DNA of 64,000 nt. Source: Vicinamibacteria bacterium (lineage in GTDB: Bacteria; Acidobacteriota; Vicinamibacteria; Marinacidobacterales; Marinacidobacteraceae). Position numbers and translations under genes: made by a program. The number at the start of each line of letters is the position of its first letter. The first letter of the stretch is position 1. Positions 8,514 to 19,441 of the stretch are shown here, piece after piece. The stretch covers positions 3,648,001 to 3,712,000 of the forward strand of contig OY821641.1 of assembly GCA_963555995.3 (NCBI GenBank). Direction: 5' to 3'. Below the pieces are notes generated by a model. The model saw only the letters and a list, made by a program, of their open reading frames with translations, made no database searches and was not told the origin of the DNA.

Positions 8514-8818
8514 GGGGCTCCTTTCCGTCGGGCGGACGGCGCGGTGGGCCGCGCGGGATGCGCGTCCCTACTGTCCCTAGACGTAATCCGGGCCGGTTTT
8601 TTCCCGCCTGAACCCCAAATGTGGAAAAGTCGAAGCGAATGTGCAGTTCCGCTGGTCGGCCAAGAGCCGTGATGGCGCCGCCGGCGTTCCAAGCCGTACG
8701 CGCCTTCCCCGTGGTCAGCGCGGCGCGCTCTGCGGCCCTGCGGGCCGCGGTGCCGGCTGAAGCCGGCGTTCCAGATCGGTGCGCTGTCACGGCGGTGGCG
8801 AACGGCGCGGTGCCGGGG

Positions 8819-8848
8819 TTGACCCACTGACGCCCGTGGCCGTACGCT
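8819..8848 (+). promoter_or_regulatory. Candidate sigma70 promoter for the amtB operon
   Basis: TTGACC-N18-TACGCT about 75 nt upstream of the amtB start; strong SD AGGAGG before the ATG. Confidence 0.35.
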
Positions 8849-8924
8849 CCACCGGCGTGAAGGGGGATGTCCGGGCGGGTGGCGGGAACCCCGTGAAGAC
8901 AGTGCTCCCGAGGAGGAGGTCCTG

Positions 8925-10241
8925 ATGCTGAGGCGAATTCCGCTGATCGGTTTGGCCGCGCTCCTGCTGGCCGAACCCGCGTTGGCGCAGGACGAGGGAG
9001 GCGTGAGCGCGGTCGGCGTGGACACCCTGTTCGTGCTGGTGTCGGCGTTCCTCGTGTTCCTCATGCAGGCCGGGTTCGGGATGCTGGAAGCCGGGTTCAT
9101 CCGCGCGAAGAACACCTGCAACATCCTCACGAAGAACTTCCTCGACTACTGCATGGCGTCGCTCGGGTTCTTCGTGTTCGGCTACGCCATCATGTTCTCG
9201 GAGGGGAACCCCTTCTTCGGGACCAGCGGCTTCTTCCTGGTGGGCGCCGAGTCGGCCGCCGACGTGCCGCTGTGGGCGTTCTGGCTGTTCCAGGCGGCGT
9301 TCTGCGGGGCCGCCGCCACCATCGTGGCCGGCGGCATGGCGGAGCGGATGAAGTTCCCCGCCTACCTCGCCTACTCCTTCATCATCTCCGCGTTCATCTA
9401 CCCGATCGTCGGGCACTGGACCTGGGGCGGCGGCTGGCTGGCCCAGCTCGACTTCTTCGACTTCGCGGGGTCCACGGTCGTCCACCTGACCGGCGGCGCG
9501 ACCGCGCTGGTGGGCGCCATCATCCTGGGGCCGCGTCTCGGCCGCTTCAACGCCGACGGCTCCTCGAACCCCATCCCGGGTCACTCGGTGCCGCTGGCCT
9601 CGCTCGGAGTGTTCATCCTCTGGTTCGGCTGGTTCGGCTTCAATCCGGGTTCGGCGCTCTCGGTGGGGGACGGTGAGGCCATCTCGCTCATCGCCATCAA
9701 CACGAACCTCGCCGCCGCCGCCGGGGCGGTGACCACGACGTTCATCTCCTGGATCCTGTTCGGCAAACCCGACCTGTTCTTCACCATGAACGGGGCGCTC
9801 GCCGGCCTCGTCTCGATCACCGCGCCCTGTGCGGTGGTGAGTCCGGCGGCCGCGATCTGGATCGGCGTGACCGGCGGTTTCGTGATCATCCTCGGGGAGG
9901 GGCTCCTGCGGATCATCAAGGTGGACGATCCGTGCGGCGCGTTCCCGGTGCACGGCCTCTGCGGCATCTGGGGGACCCTGACCGTCGGGCTCTGGGGGCG
10001 GGAATCGCTCGGACTCGCGCGGGAAGGACTCTTCTACGGCGGCGGGTTCGAACAGCTCGGCATCCAGGCGCTCGGCACCTTCGCCTCCGGCATCTTCGTC
10101 TTCCTCTCCATGGGCCTCGTGTTCATCGCCATCAAGGCGGTGCTCGGCCTCCGGGTGGACCGGATGGAGGAGATCCGGGGTCTCGACATGAACGAGCACG
10201 GCATGGAGTCCTACACCGGCTTCCAGATCCTGGGTTCCTGA
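8925..10241 (+). CDS. amtB: Ammonium transporter (Amt family)
   Basis: FLMQAGF, AERM, DFAGSTVVH, LWFGWFGFN and DDPCGAFPVHG motifs (twin His conserved); signal peptide. Confidence 0.95.
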   Translation: MLRRIPLIGLAALLLAEPALAQDEGGVSAVGVDTLFVLVSAFLVFLMQAGFGMLEAGFIRAKNTCNILTKNFLDYCMASLGFFVFGYAIMFSEGNPFFGTSGFFLVGAESAADVPLWAFWLFQAAFCGAAATIVAGGMAERMKFPAYLAYSFIISAFIYPIVGHWTWGGGWLAQLDFFDFAGSTVVHLTGGATALVGAIILGPRLGRFNADGSSNPIPGHSVPLASLGVFILWFGWFGFNPGSALSVGDGEAISLIAINTNLAAAAGAVTTTFISWILFGKPDLFFTMNGALAGLVSITAPCAVVSPAAAIWIGVTGGFVIILGEGLLRIIKVDDPCGAFPVHGLCGIWGTLTVGLWGRESLGLAREGLFYGGGFEQLGIQALGTFASGIFVFLSMGLVFIAIKAVLGLRVDRMEEIRGLDMNEHGMESYTGFQILGS

Positions 10242-10269
10242 TGGGACCTTCCTTCGAGGCTGTCACGAC

Positions 10270-10611
10270 ATGAAGCTAGTCACCGCCATGGTTCAACCCG
10301 AGGTGGTTCCCCTGGTCCAGGAGGAACTCTTCGGAGCGCAGATCAACAAGTTCTCGATCACCGCCGGAGTGGGCCACGGAACCCAGAAGGGCTACCAGGC
10401 CACCTTCCGCGGGGTCCAGACGCAGGTGAACATCCTGAAGCGGGTCCGCATTGACGTCGCGGTGAACGAGGACTTCGTGGAGCGCGCGGTGCAGGCGATC
10501 CTCAAGGGGGCGCAGACGGGAGAGGCGGGCGACGGGAAGATCTTCATCACCGACCTCCACGACTGCGTCCGGATCCGGACCGGCGAGCGCGGCTCGCAGG
10601 CCATCGGCTAG
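10270..10611 (+). CDS. glnK: P-II family nitrogen regulatory protein
   Basis: GxGxQKG...RG T-loop, TGEAGDGKIFI and RIRTGERG motifs; adjacent to amtB. Confidence 0.9.
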   Translation: MKLVTAMVQPEVVPLVQEELFGAQINKFSITAGVGHGTQKGYQATFRGVQTQVNILKRVRIDVAVNEDFVERAVQAILKGAQTGEAGDGKIFITDLHDCVRIRTGERGSQAIG

Positions 10612-10618
10612 CGCTTCC

Positions 10619-12034
10619 ATGTCTCTTCGCGACGTCCGCCGCGTCATCCAGGACCGGAAGATCAAATTCGTGGACTTCCGGTTCACGGACCTCCTCGGCG
10701 GCTGGCGCCACATCTCCTACGCCATCGAGGCCTTCGAAGAGGACATGTTCGTCCACGGCATCGGTTTCGACGGTTCGTCGGTCCGCGGCTTCCAGGGGAT
10801 CGAGCGGAGCGACATGCTGCTGCGCCCCGATCCGGACAGCGGCTTCATTGACCCCTTCTACGAAGAACCCACCCTCGTCTTCATCTGCAACGTCAAGGAC
10901 CCGGTGGACCTGAGCCTCTACTCCCGCGATCCGCGGAACATCGTCGAGAAGGCCACCCGGTTCCTCGAGACCTCGGCGCTCGCCGACACCTGCTACGTCG
11001 GCCCCGAGGCCGAGTTCTACATCTTCGACGACGTCCGCTTCGACCAGACGGTGAACGAGGCGTTCTACTACGTGGACTCCGGGATCGGCGCCTGGAACGT
11101 CGGACGCGTCGAGAAGCCGAACCTCGGCCACAAGCCGGGTCTGAAGCAGGGCTACTTCCGGATGCCGCCCACCGATCCCTACCAGGACGTGCGCTCCCAG
11201 ATGGTGAGCAACCTGCGGGACTGCGGGGTGGAGGCCGAGCTCCACCACCAGGAGGTGGGCAGCGGCGGCCAGTGCGAGATCGGGATCAAGTACACGACGA
11301 TCAGCCAGATGGCGGACTCGATGATGAAGTTCAAGTACATCGTCAAGAACACCGCCAACCGGCACGGCAGAACCGTGACCTTCATGCCCAAGCCGCTCTT
11401 CGGCGACAACGGCTCCGGAATGCACTGCCACATGAGCCTCTGGAAGAAGGGGAAGAACCTCTTCTACGACCCGAACGGCTACGCCGGCCTCAGCGAGGCG
11501 GGAGTCTTCTTCATCGGCGGCATCCTGAAGCACGCGGCGTCGCTCTGCGCCTTCACCTGTCCCACCGCGAACTCCTACCGGCGTCTCGTCCCCGGGTTCG
11601 AGGCGCCGAACAAGCTGGTCTATTCCCGGAGCAACCGCTCGGCGGCGGTGCGGATTCCCATGTATTCGTCGGCCCCGGGGGCCAAGCGGATCGAGTTCCG
11701 CTGTCCCGACCCGAGCGCCAACCCCTACCTGGCCTTCTCGGCCATCATGATGGCGGGGTTCGACGGCATCGTGAACCGCACCGTTCCTCCCGATCCGGTG
11801 GACCAGGACCTATACGAACTGCCCGAAGCGGAACTGCGGAAGATCGGCGACACGCCGCCCACGCTGAAGGCGGCGCTCAACGCGCTGGAAGAGGACAACG
11901 ACTACCTGCTGCGCGGCGATGTCTTCACGCCCGACGTGATTGACACCTGGATCCGCTACAAGCGGGCCAACGAACTCGCCTACATGGACCAGCGACCGCA
12001 CCCCGCGGAGTTCGCTCTCTACTATGACTGCTGA
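10619..12034 (+). CDS. glnA: Glutamine synthetase type I
   Basis: FDGSS, GPEAEFYIFD, FMPKPLFGDNGSGMHCHMS, SYRRLVPGFEAP and RIEFRCPDP motifs; DLYELP adenylylation-site motif. Confidence 0.97.
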   Translation: MSLRDVRRVIQDRKIKFVDFRFTDLLGGWRHISYAIEAFEEDMFVHGIGFDGSSVRGFQGIERSDMLLRPDPDSGFIDPFYEEPTLVFICNVKDPVDLSLYSRDPRNIVEKATRFLETSALADTCYVGPEAEFYIFDDVRFDQTVNEAFYYVDSGIGAWNVGRVEKPNLGHKPGLKQGYFRMPPTDPYQDVRSQMVSNLRDCGVEAELHHQEVGSGGQCEIGIKYTTISQMADSMMKFKYIVKNTANRHGRTVTFMPKPLFGDNGSGMHCHMSLWKKGKNLFYDPNGYAGLSEAGVFFIGGILKHAASLCAFTCPTANSYRRLVPGFEAPNKLVYSRSNRSAAVRIPMYSSAPGAKRIEFRCPDPSANPYLAFSAIMMAGFDGIVNRTVPPDPVDQDLYELPEAELRKIGDTPPTLKAALNALEEDNDYLLRGDVFTPDVIDTWIRYKRANELAYMDQRPHPAEFALYYDC

Positions 12035-12085
12035 TTTTCGAAGCGGCTTGCAAAGCGGCCGGCCAGCGACCACGGAGGCCCTTTC

Positions 12086-13387
12086 ATGACTCCAGGAACC
12101 ATTGGAATCGCCCTTGCTCTCGGGATCGTCGGGATCCTGGCGATCGTCATCTTCATCCGCGCCCACGTCGTGGTCTGCGCCCCCAACGAGGCGGTGATCT
12201 TCTCGGGACGGAAAAAGGGATATCGCATCATCCGGGGCGGCCGGGGCTTCCGCCGTCCGCTCATCGAGACGGTGTCCCGCATCTCGCTGAACACCATTCC
12301 CATCGAGGTGGCCGTCAAGAAGGCGCTGTCGGCGGGGATGATCCCGCTGGACGTGGACGGCATGGCGACCGTGAAGATCGCCGGCGATCCGGACGGCGGC
12401 CTCGACCACGCCGTGGAGCGCTTCCTCGGCCGGACCCAGCACGAGATCCAGACCGTCGCGAAGCAGACGCTGGAAGGCAGCCTGCGCGGCGTGCTCGCCA
12501 CCCGGACGCCCGAGGAGGCGAACGCCGAGCGGCTGGGCGTCGGCGACGCCGTTGCCGAGTCCGTGCGGAAGGACTTCTCGCAGCTCGGCCTCGTCCTGGA
12601 CACCTTCAAGATCCAGCACCTGTCGGATACCGAGGGCTATCTGGACGCCATCGGCCGCAAGCGCAGCGCGGCCGTCCGCCGGGACGCCAAGGTCGCCGAG
12701 GCGCGGGCGGACGCGGAAGCGCGGGACGTGGCCGCGAGCGCGAAGCGCGATGCGGTGGTCGCCGAGACCAGTGCGGAAGAGGCCATCGTGGACGCCGAGC
12801 ACGGCGTCCGTTTGCGGCGGGCTCAGCGGGACGCGACGGCGAACCAGGCCGAGCAGGTCGCCGAGGTGGCGAAGCGCATGGCCCGGGTCGAGGAAGAGCG
12901 CAAGCTGGAAGAGATCCGGGTAGCGCGGAACGAGCTCCGCGAGAAGGCGAACACCGTCGTGCCGGCGGAGGCGTCGAGCCAGGCCCGGTCGCTGACCTCG
13001 CAGGGCGAGGCCTCCCGGATCCGCGAGAACGGCAAGGCGACGGCTGAGGCTCTCGCCGAGATCAAGGCACAGTGGGACGACGACACCACGCGGGAAATCA
13101 TGCTGCTCCAGATGCTCCCGCAGCTCCTCGACAAGGTCACCCACGTGCTCCACGACAACCTGCACGTGGAACGGCTCACGGTGGTGGACAACGGAACCGG
13201 CGGCGCGGTCCCGAACCACGTCCGCGGCCTGACCGGGTCCATCGCCGCCTTCCTCGAGCAGCTCAAGACCTCCACCGGCGTGGACGTGCCCGCCATCCTG
13301 CGCGGCAGCGCCACCGAGGCGGACGACGACGACACCGGCGCCAAGCGCAGCTCCGCCCGCGGCCCCCTCGGCCACAAGGGCCACTGA
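12086..13387 (+). CDS. Flotillin/SPFH (band 7) family protein
   Basis: N-terminal TM, CAPNEAVIFSG, LEGSLRGVLA, Ala/Glu-rich coiled region, VVPAEA. Confidence 0.9.
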   Translation: MTPGTIGIALALGIVGILAIVIFIRAHVVVCAPNEAVIFSGRKKGYRIIRGGRGFRRPLIETVSRISLNTIPIEVAVKKALSAGMIPLDVDGMATVKIAGDPDGGLDHAVERFLGRTQHEIQTVAKQTLEGSLRGVLATRTPEEANAERLGVGDAVAESVRKDFSQLGLVLDTFKIQHLSDTEGYLDAIGRKRSAAVRRDAKVAEARADAEARDVAASAKRDAVVAETSAEEAIVDAEHGVRLRRAQRDATANQAEQVAEVAKRMARVEEERKLEEIRVARNELREKANTVVPAEASSQARSLTSQGEASRIRENGKATAEALAEIKAQWDDDTTREIMLLQMLPQLLDKVTHVLHDNLHVERLTVVDNGTGGAVPNHVRGLTGSIAAFLEQLKTSTGVDVPAILRGSATEADDDDTGAKRSSARGPLGHKGH

Positions 13388-13454
13388 AGCCGAGCGGGCC
13401 GGGAGGGGAGCCTTCGGCGCGCAAGGCCGCGTTACCACAGAACTGGGTAGGTCG

Positions 13455-13600
13455 CCCGCTCCCCTCCCGACCCGCCCGCGCTTCGCGCGGAATCGGCACT
13501 CCCTCGCCCGCCGTCGGCGGGCTTCGGCGAGTCCCGATTCAAGGCTTCCTTTCTTTTTGGGAAAGGGGAGGGCCCCTTTCACACATTCCCCCGAACTCGC
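13455..13600 (+). repeat. Structured intergenic repeat (family 3), copy A
   Basis: Three successive hairpins ending GAAAGGGG..CCCCTTTCACACATTCCCCCGAAC; homologous to 17965-18100 and 33220-33297. Confidence 0.6.
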
Positions 13601-13699
13601 TGGCAGCGAGCATGGCTCGCTGCCGACAGTTTTCTTTGTTGAGGAGCGAGTGTACGGCTGGGAACGCCGGCTTCCCGAGTTACGTGCTCCGAGCGTTCC

Positions 13700-14442
13700 T
13701 CAGGGGCGCTGGATCGCCTTCGCGATCCCGTCGGCGAGTTCGTCTTCGCCGGCGAGATAGCGCTGGCCGAGCACGCCGAGTCCGCCGTCCAGCCGGTACA
13801 CGAGCGGTATCCCGGTGGGGATGTTCCGCTGCTGGATCTCCGCCGGCCCGACGCCCTCGAGGTGCATGACCAGCGAGCGCAGGCTGTTGCCGTGGGCGAC
13901 CACCAGCACCGGACCCGCCGCGAGGTCCGGAACGATCCGCCGCTCCCAGCAGGGGATCACCCGCCGGGCGGTGTCCCGCAGCGATTCGCCGCGCGGCAGG
14001 ACGTCCACCGGGACGTCCGCATAGCGCTCGTCGAACCGCGGATGCCGCGGGTCGTCGAGGTCCACCGGCGGCGGCGGATCGGCGTAGCTCCGGCGCCAGG
14101 CGAGCGTCTGGTCCGGCCCGAACTCGCGTTCCGTCTCGGCCTTGTTCTTCCCCTGGAGCTTTCCGTAGTGACGTTCGTTCAGCTCCCAGGCATACCGGAT
14201 CGGAAGATCGCGAAGCCCCAACCGCCCCAGGACTTCCTCCAGCGTGTGGACGGCGCGCTCCAGCAGGGAAGTGTGGGCGACGACCGGGACGATGCCGGCG
14301 GCGCGCAGCGCGTCGCCGGCCCGCCGCGCCTGCTCGCGTCCGGTCTCGGTGAGCGGCACGTCGGTCCAGCCCGTGAACCGGTTCTCCCGGTTCCAGACGC
14401 TCTCCCCGTGGCGGAGGAGGACGAGCGTCCGTTCCGGGCTGC

Positions 14443-14446
<4 letters not shown>
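13700..14446 (-). CDS. gpmA: 2,3-bisphosphoglycerate-dependent phosphoglycerate mutase
   Basis: LLRHGESVWNRENRFTGWTDV, LNERHYGKLQG and AHGNSLR motifs; start overlaps the pckA stop (ATGA). Confidence 0.95.
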
Positions 14447-16071
<1,625 letters not shown>

Positions 16072-16137
16072 GGACGGAGCGGTGATTCTAGTGGCCCGCG
16101 CGCCGCCCCGAACGCGCCCGGCGGGCCGCGCCGGGCC

Positions 16138-16914
16138 TCAGCGGGGAACGGCTGCGCCCGTATCGTCGAGACCGCTCTGGATGGCGCCGCGGACCCGTTC
16201 CATCAGCGCTCCGATCGCTTCCCGGTCCTGGGAATCGATCCCGGTGGTCTCGAGGGGTTCGTGATAGCGCACCTGGATCGTTCCGGGATAGACGAGCATG
16301 CCTCCCTTGGGGAGGATGTCCCGGGCTCCGGTGACCGTGATCGGCGCCACCGGGACGCCCGCGCGGGCCGCGAGGCGGAAGCCGCCCGATTTGAAGGGGC
16401 CGAGTTTTCCGGTGCGGCTCCGGGTCCCTTCGGGGGCGATCACGAAGGACTGGCCGGTCTCCATGGCCGTGACCGCGGCTTCGAGGCTCGCCCGGGCCGC
16501 CTTCGGATTCGAACGGTCCACCGGCGTGAAGCCCGCCGCGCGAAACGCCCAGCCGAGCATCGGCACGCGGAAGGCCTCCTTCTTGATCAGCGTCCCGTTG
16601 GCCTTGGGCAGCAGGTAGAGCACCTGGACCATGTCCGTGAGCGACTGGTGGTTGGGCATGTAGACCCGCGTCCGGAACGGCTCGACGCGGTGTCTGCCCA
16701 CTTCGCGCACGCGGATTCCACCGAGGAACCACAGCACCCCGACGATCCGGCGTCCGATCTCGTAGCCGAGCCGGTGCCGACCGCTGAACACGTCCGCGAG
16801 CGGCATCAGCAGCGCGCCGGCAAAGAGCAGGAGCGGCAGGGCCAGCGCTATCCCGACCGTGCCCACCACGGCGCGGGCGGTGCGGAGGCCCCCGCTCCGG
16901 CGCGGCTGCCGCAC
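16138..16914 (-). CDS. plsC: 1-acyl-sn-glycerol-3-phosphate acyltransferase (PlsC family)
   Basis: NHQSLTD (HxxxxD), PEGTRS and FKSGGF motifs. Confidence 0.85.
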   Translation of the reverse strand: MRQPRRSGGLRTARAVVGTVGIALALPLLLFAGALLMPLADVFSGRHRLGYEIGRRIVGVLWFLGGIRVREVGRHRVEPFRTRVYMPNHQSLTDMVQVLYLLPKANGTLIKKEAFRVPMLGWAFRAAGFTPVDRSNPKAARASLEAAVTAMETGQSFVIAPEGTRSRTGKLGPFKSGGFRLAARAGVPVAPITVTGARDILPKGGMLVYPGTIQVRYHEPLETTGIDSQDREAIGALMERVRGAIQSGLDDTGAAVPR

Positions 16915-16943
16915 GCTGGACCGACCTGCGTCCCGGCGGAGGG

Positions 16944-17582
16944 TCAGTAGCGGTTGATCGAGATCGAGACCGGCCGCCGTCCGCTGTCGGACTTGGCCAC
17001 CCGGCGCCGCTTGGGCGGACGGAGGGGCACCACGCTGGTGGCCGCCCCGGTGCCGGTTTCGTTCTCCGCGTCGCCGGCCTCGAGGCCGCTCTCTCCGTTC
17101 CGGCTGCGGCGCAGCGCCTCCACCACCTTGCGCTCGACCGCCTCGAGGGTCTCGGCGGCGACTTCCGCGACCTCGGTCACGGTGAGCTGATGCGCCCGGT
17201 CGAGCATCCGCTTCTCGCGGAAGGAGAGGGTCTTCCGCTCGCTGAGATAGAAGAGGCCCTTGAGGACCCCGGCAACCTCCACGGGCGAACCGCTCTTCAT
17301 ACGGTCGGAGTTGTCCTTGTAGCGGGTCTTCCAGTTGATCTGCTCGTCAACCGCGCCGTTCTCGAGCACGTCGAGAACCTCCTCGACGTCGCTCTCGGTC
17401 ATGATCGGCCGGAGCCCCACCTCGTCAACCTTGTCGATCGGGACCATGACTAGCGTGGACTTCGCCAGCAGCCGCAGGCGATAGAAGCTCGGTCCCACCG
17501 TTCCGTTGGAAGATTCAATACTCTCGACGACGCTGATCCCCTGATTCGGATAGATCACCTTGTCTCCAACTTCAAACCGCAT
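16944..17582 (-). CDS. carD: CarD/CdnL family RNA-polymerase-binding regulator
   Basis: FEVGDKVIYPNQG, MVP..VGLR, NWKTRYK and LSFREKRML motifs. Confidence 0.9.
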   Translation of the reverse strand: MRFEVGDKVIYPNQGISVVESIESSNGTVGPSFYRLRLLAKSTLVMVPIDKVDEVGLRPIMTESDVEEVLDVLENGAVDEQINWKTRYKDNSDRMKSGSPVEVAGVLKGLFYLSERKTLSFREKRMLDRAHQLTVTEVAEVAAETLEAVERKVVEALRRSRNGESGLEAGDAENETGTGAATSVVPLRPPKRRRVAKSDSGRRPVSISINRY

Positions 17583-17800
17583 CAACACTCAGCGATGCCT
17601 CCCGGTAGCGTTTCGGATACGCGAACCGTTAATCATACCACACCCCGGAACCGCCGGGATCGCTGGCATTCTTGAGATTCAGCGTGTCCGCCGGCAGTGG
17701 CGGGCCGGGCCTCCGGGGTCGTCGGGACGCGGAAGAACCGCGGCCTTCGTTGGTACACTGTGATTCCGAGCGCCGGTCCTGCCGAGCGGCTTCGGGGTTT

Positions 17801-17888
17801 GCCGGAGTGGCGGAATTGGTAGACGCACGGGACTCAAAATCCCGCGGTCCTCGTGATCATGAGGGTTCGAGTCCCTCCTCCGGCACCA
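17801..17888 (+). tRNA. tRNA-Leu (anticodon CAA), long variable arm, CCA encoded
   Basis: GCCGGAG/CTCCGGC acceptor stem, GGAATTGGTAGAC D-loop, CGGGA-CTCAAAA-TCCCG anticodon arm, GGTTCGAGTCC T-arm. Confidence 0.95.
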
Positions 17889-17964
17889 GGTCGAGCGGTC
17901 CCCGCTCGGGGCCATTGGACAGGACGGTTCGATTCACTGGGCGGCGGAGGATGAGGCCCCGAGC

Positions 17965-18100
17965 GGGAACCGCCCGGCGCTGCGCGCCGGCATCGAAACT
18001 CCCTTGCGCGCCTCCGGCGCGCGGCGGCGAGTTCCGATGTACGTTTCCGTTTTGTGAAAGGGGGGGCTCGCCCCCCCTTTCACACTTTCCCCCCGAACCG
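17965..18100 (+). repeat. Structured intergenic repeat (family 3), copy B
   Basis: Same hairpin order as 13455-13600 with compensatory changes; ends GAAAGGGGGG..CCCCCCCTTTCACACTTTCCCCCCGAAC. Confidence 0.6.
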
Positions 18101-18153
18101 CGAGGGTCGTGGCGAGGGGCCGCTCGGTGACATTCCCCCGATAACCTGAACCG

Positions 18154-18492
18154 ATGGTCCACCCAGAACTTCTCGAGATCCTCTGTTGCCCGGAGACCCG
18201 GCAGCCGGTGCGCGTGGCGCCCGAGGCGCTCGTGGAATCCGTGAACCGGGCCATCCGGGAGGGCAGCCTCAAGGCGCCCGCCGGCGGCGAGCCGGCCGGC
18301 GTCCTCGACGGCGGCCTGGTTCGGGAGGACGGGAAGTTCCTCTATCCGGTGCGCAACGGGATCCCGATCATGCTGATCGAGGAACGCATCGCGATTCCGG
18401 CGCCGGAGGGCGACGGCGACGACTCAGCCGAAGATGTTGAAGAGGACGGCGACCCCGGACATCATCCAGTGGAGACTGGCGCCGGGGCCTGA
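18154..18492 (+). CDS. Trm112-like (UPF0434) protein with acidic tail
   Basis: ELLEILCCPETRQ...YPVRNGIPIMLIEE. Confidence 0.8.
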   Translation: MVHPELLEILCCPETRQPVRVAPEALVESVNRAIREGSLKAPAGGEPAGVLDGGLVREDGKFLYPVRNGIPIMLIEERIAIPAPEGDGDDSAEDVEEDGDPGHHPVETGAGA

Positions 18493-18879
18493 GAGCATCG
18501 CCCGCCGGAGCGCGCCGGCGGGCTCCGCCAGTTCGGCCGCCGCCGCCATTTCGGTCCCCATCAGCGGCGGGTCCGCGGTTCCCTGGAACACGCCGTCGTA
18601 GAGCTGCTGCAAGCGCTCGTCGGTGCGGGTGAGCGAGGCGTCCATCCACCAGAACAAGAGCGCGGCCGGGATCGCCGCCAGCCGCAGGAGCAGCCATCCC
18701 TGCAGGACGCCGAAGCCGATGGTGCCCGCCACGAGCGCCACGCTCCCGCGTTTCAGCCAGAGCGACTTCCTGGCGACGGCGGCGCGGGAGTCCTGAATCC
18801 GGTCCAGGCCGACATCCCGGTCCGTACGCGGCGCCCTCGGGCGCTCGGCGCGCAGGGGGGAGCGGGCGGATCCGGGCAC
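18424..18879 (-). CDS. Hypothetical membrane protein
   Basis: KSLWLKRGSVALVAG...LFWWMDA hydrophobic segments; start uncertain. Confidence 0.5.
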   Translation of the reverse strand: MPGSARSPLRAERPRAPRTDRDVGLDRIQDSRAAVARKSLWLKRGSVALVAGTIGFGVLQGWLLLRLAAIPAALLFWWMDASLTRTDERLQQLYDGVFQGTADPPLMGTEMAAAAELAEPAGALRRAMLSGPGASLHWMMSGVAVLFNIFG

Positions 18880-18883
18880 AACG

Positions 18884-19213
18884 CTAGTGAACGGTGGAAG
18901 AGTCGGTTCCCTGGGGGCGGGGGACGCCCTCGCCTTCGGTCGCTTCCACGGCGCTCAACTGGGTCTCGAGCATCTTGATGAGGGCGGGGACGATCCGGAA
19001 GGGGAGCGTGATCCGGGTCTTGGGATCCGCGTGCACGACGGGTTCGCCGGATGCGTCGGTGTGCGAGAGGTCTTCCGGCTGGATGCCGGTCAGACTGCAG
19101 AAGGTGATCGTCAGGTCGAAGGGCGAGTGCGTCGCTTCGCAGAAGTTCGCGTACACCTCCGGACAGGCGACGTCGCGCCGAGCCTTGATCTTGAACGTTT
19201 TCTTCATGTCCAT
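18884..19213 (-). CDS. DUF3467-like conserved hypothetical protein
   Basis: EVYANF..THSPFDLTITF...RITLP pattern; SD GGAG upstream. Confidence 0.65.
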   Translation of the reverse strand: MDMKKTFKIKARRDVACPEVYANFCEATHSPFDLTITFCSLTGIQPEDLSHTDASGEPVVHADPKTRITLPFRIVPALIKMLETQLSAVEATEGEGVPRPQGTDSSTVH

Positions 19214-19255
19214 GGCGACTCCCGAAGTCGGACCCCCGCAAACGGGGTTGCCGAC

Positions 19256-19332
19256 GGTAGCGGGGGGCGGACTTGAACCGCCGACCTAAGGGTTATGAGT
19301 CCTTCGCTCTGACCGGACTGAGCTACCCCGCC
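19256..19332 (-). tRNA. tRNA with CAT anticodon, probably elongator tRNA-Met (full CCA not encoded)
   Basis: Reverse complement GGCGGGGTAGCTCAGTCCGGTCAGAGCG-AAGGA-CTCATAA-CCCTT-AGGTCGGCGGTTCAAGTCCGCC-CCCCGCT-ACC; Ile2 not excluded. Confidence 0.9.
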
Positions 19333-19441
19333 AACCGAATTTCGTCGGAACCGGCCAATTGTACCACTGGGAACCTTTGGTATATCGGTTGCGTTTTCCT
19401 GCCATACACCGCGCCCCGGAGCGCGGAAAGGAGTCCCTCCC

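Noticed and set aside
8850-8924. Glutamine riboswitch or sigma54 promoter upstream of amtB
   Set aside because: I found no glnA-motif consensus and no TGGC-anchored -24/-12 motif with correct spacing; an Infernal scan would be needed to exclude a riboswitch fully.
17801-19332. tRNA genes as integration sites of an island
   Set aside because: No integrase and no duplicated tRNA 3' end seen in the window.
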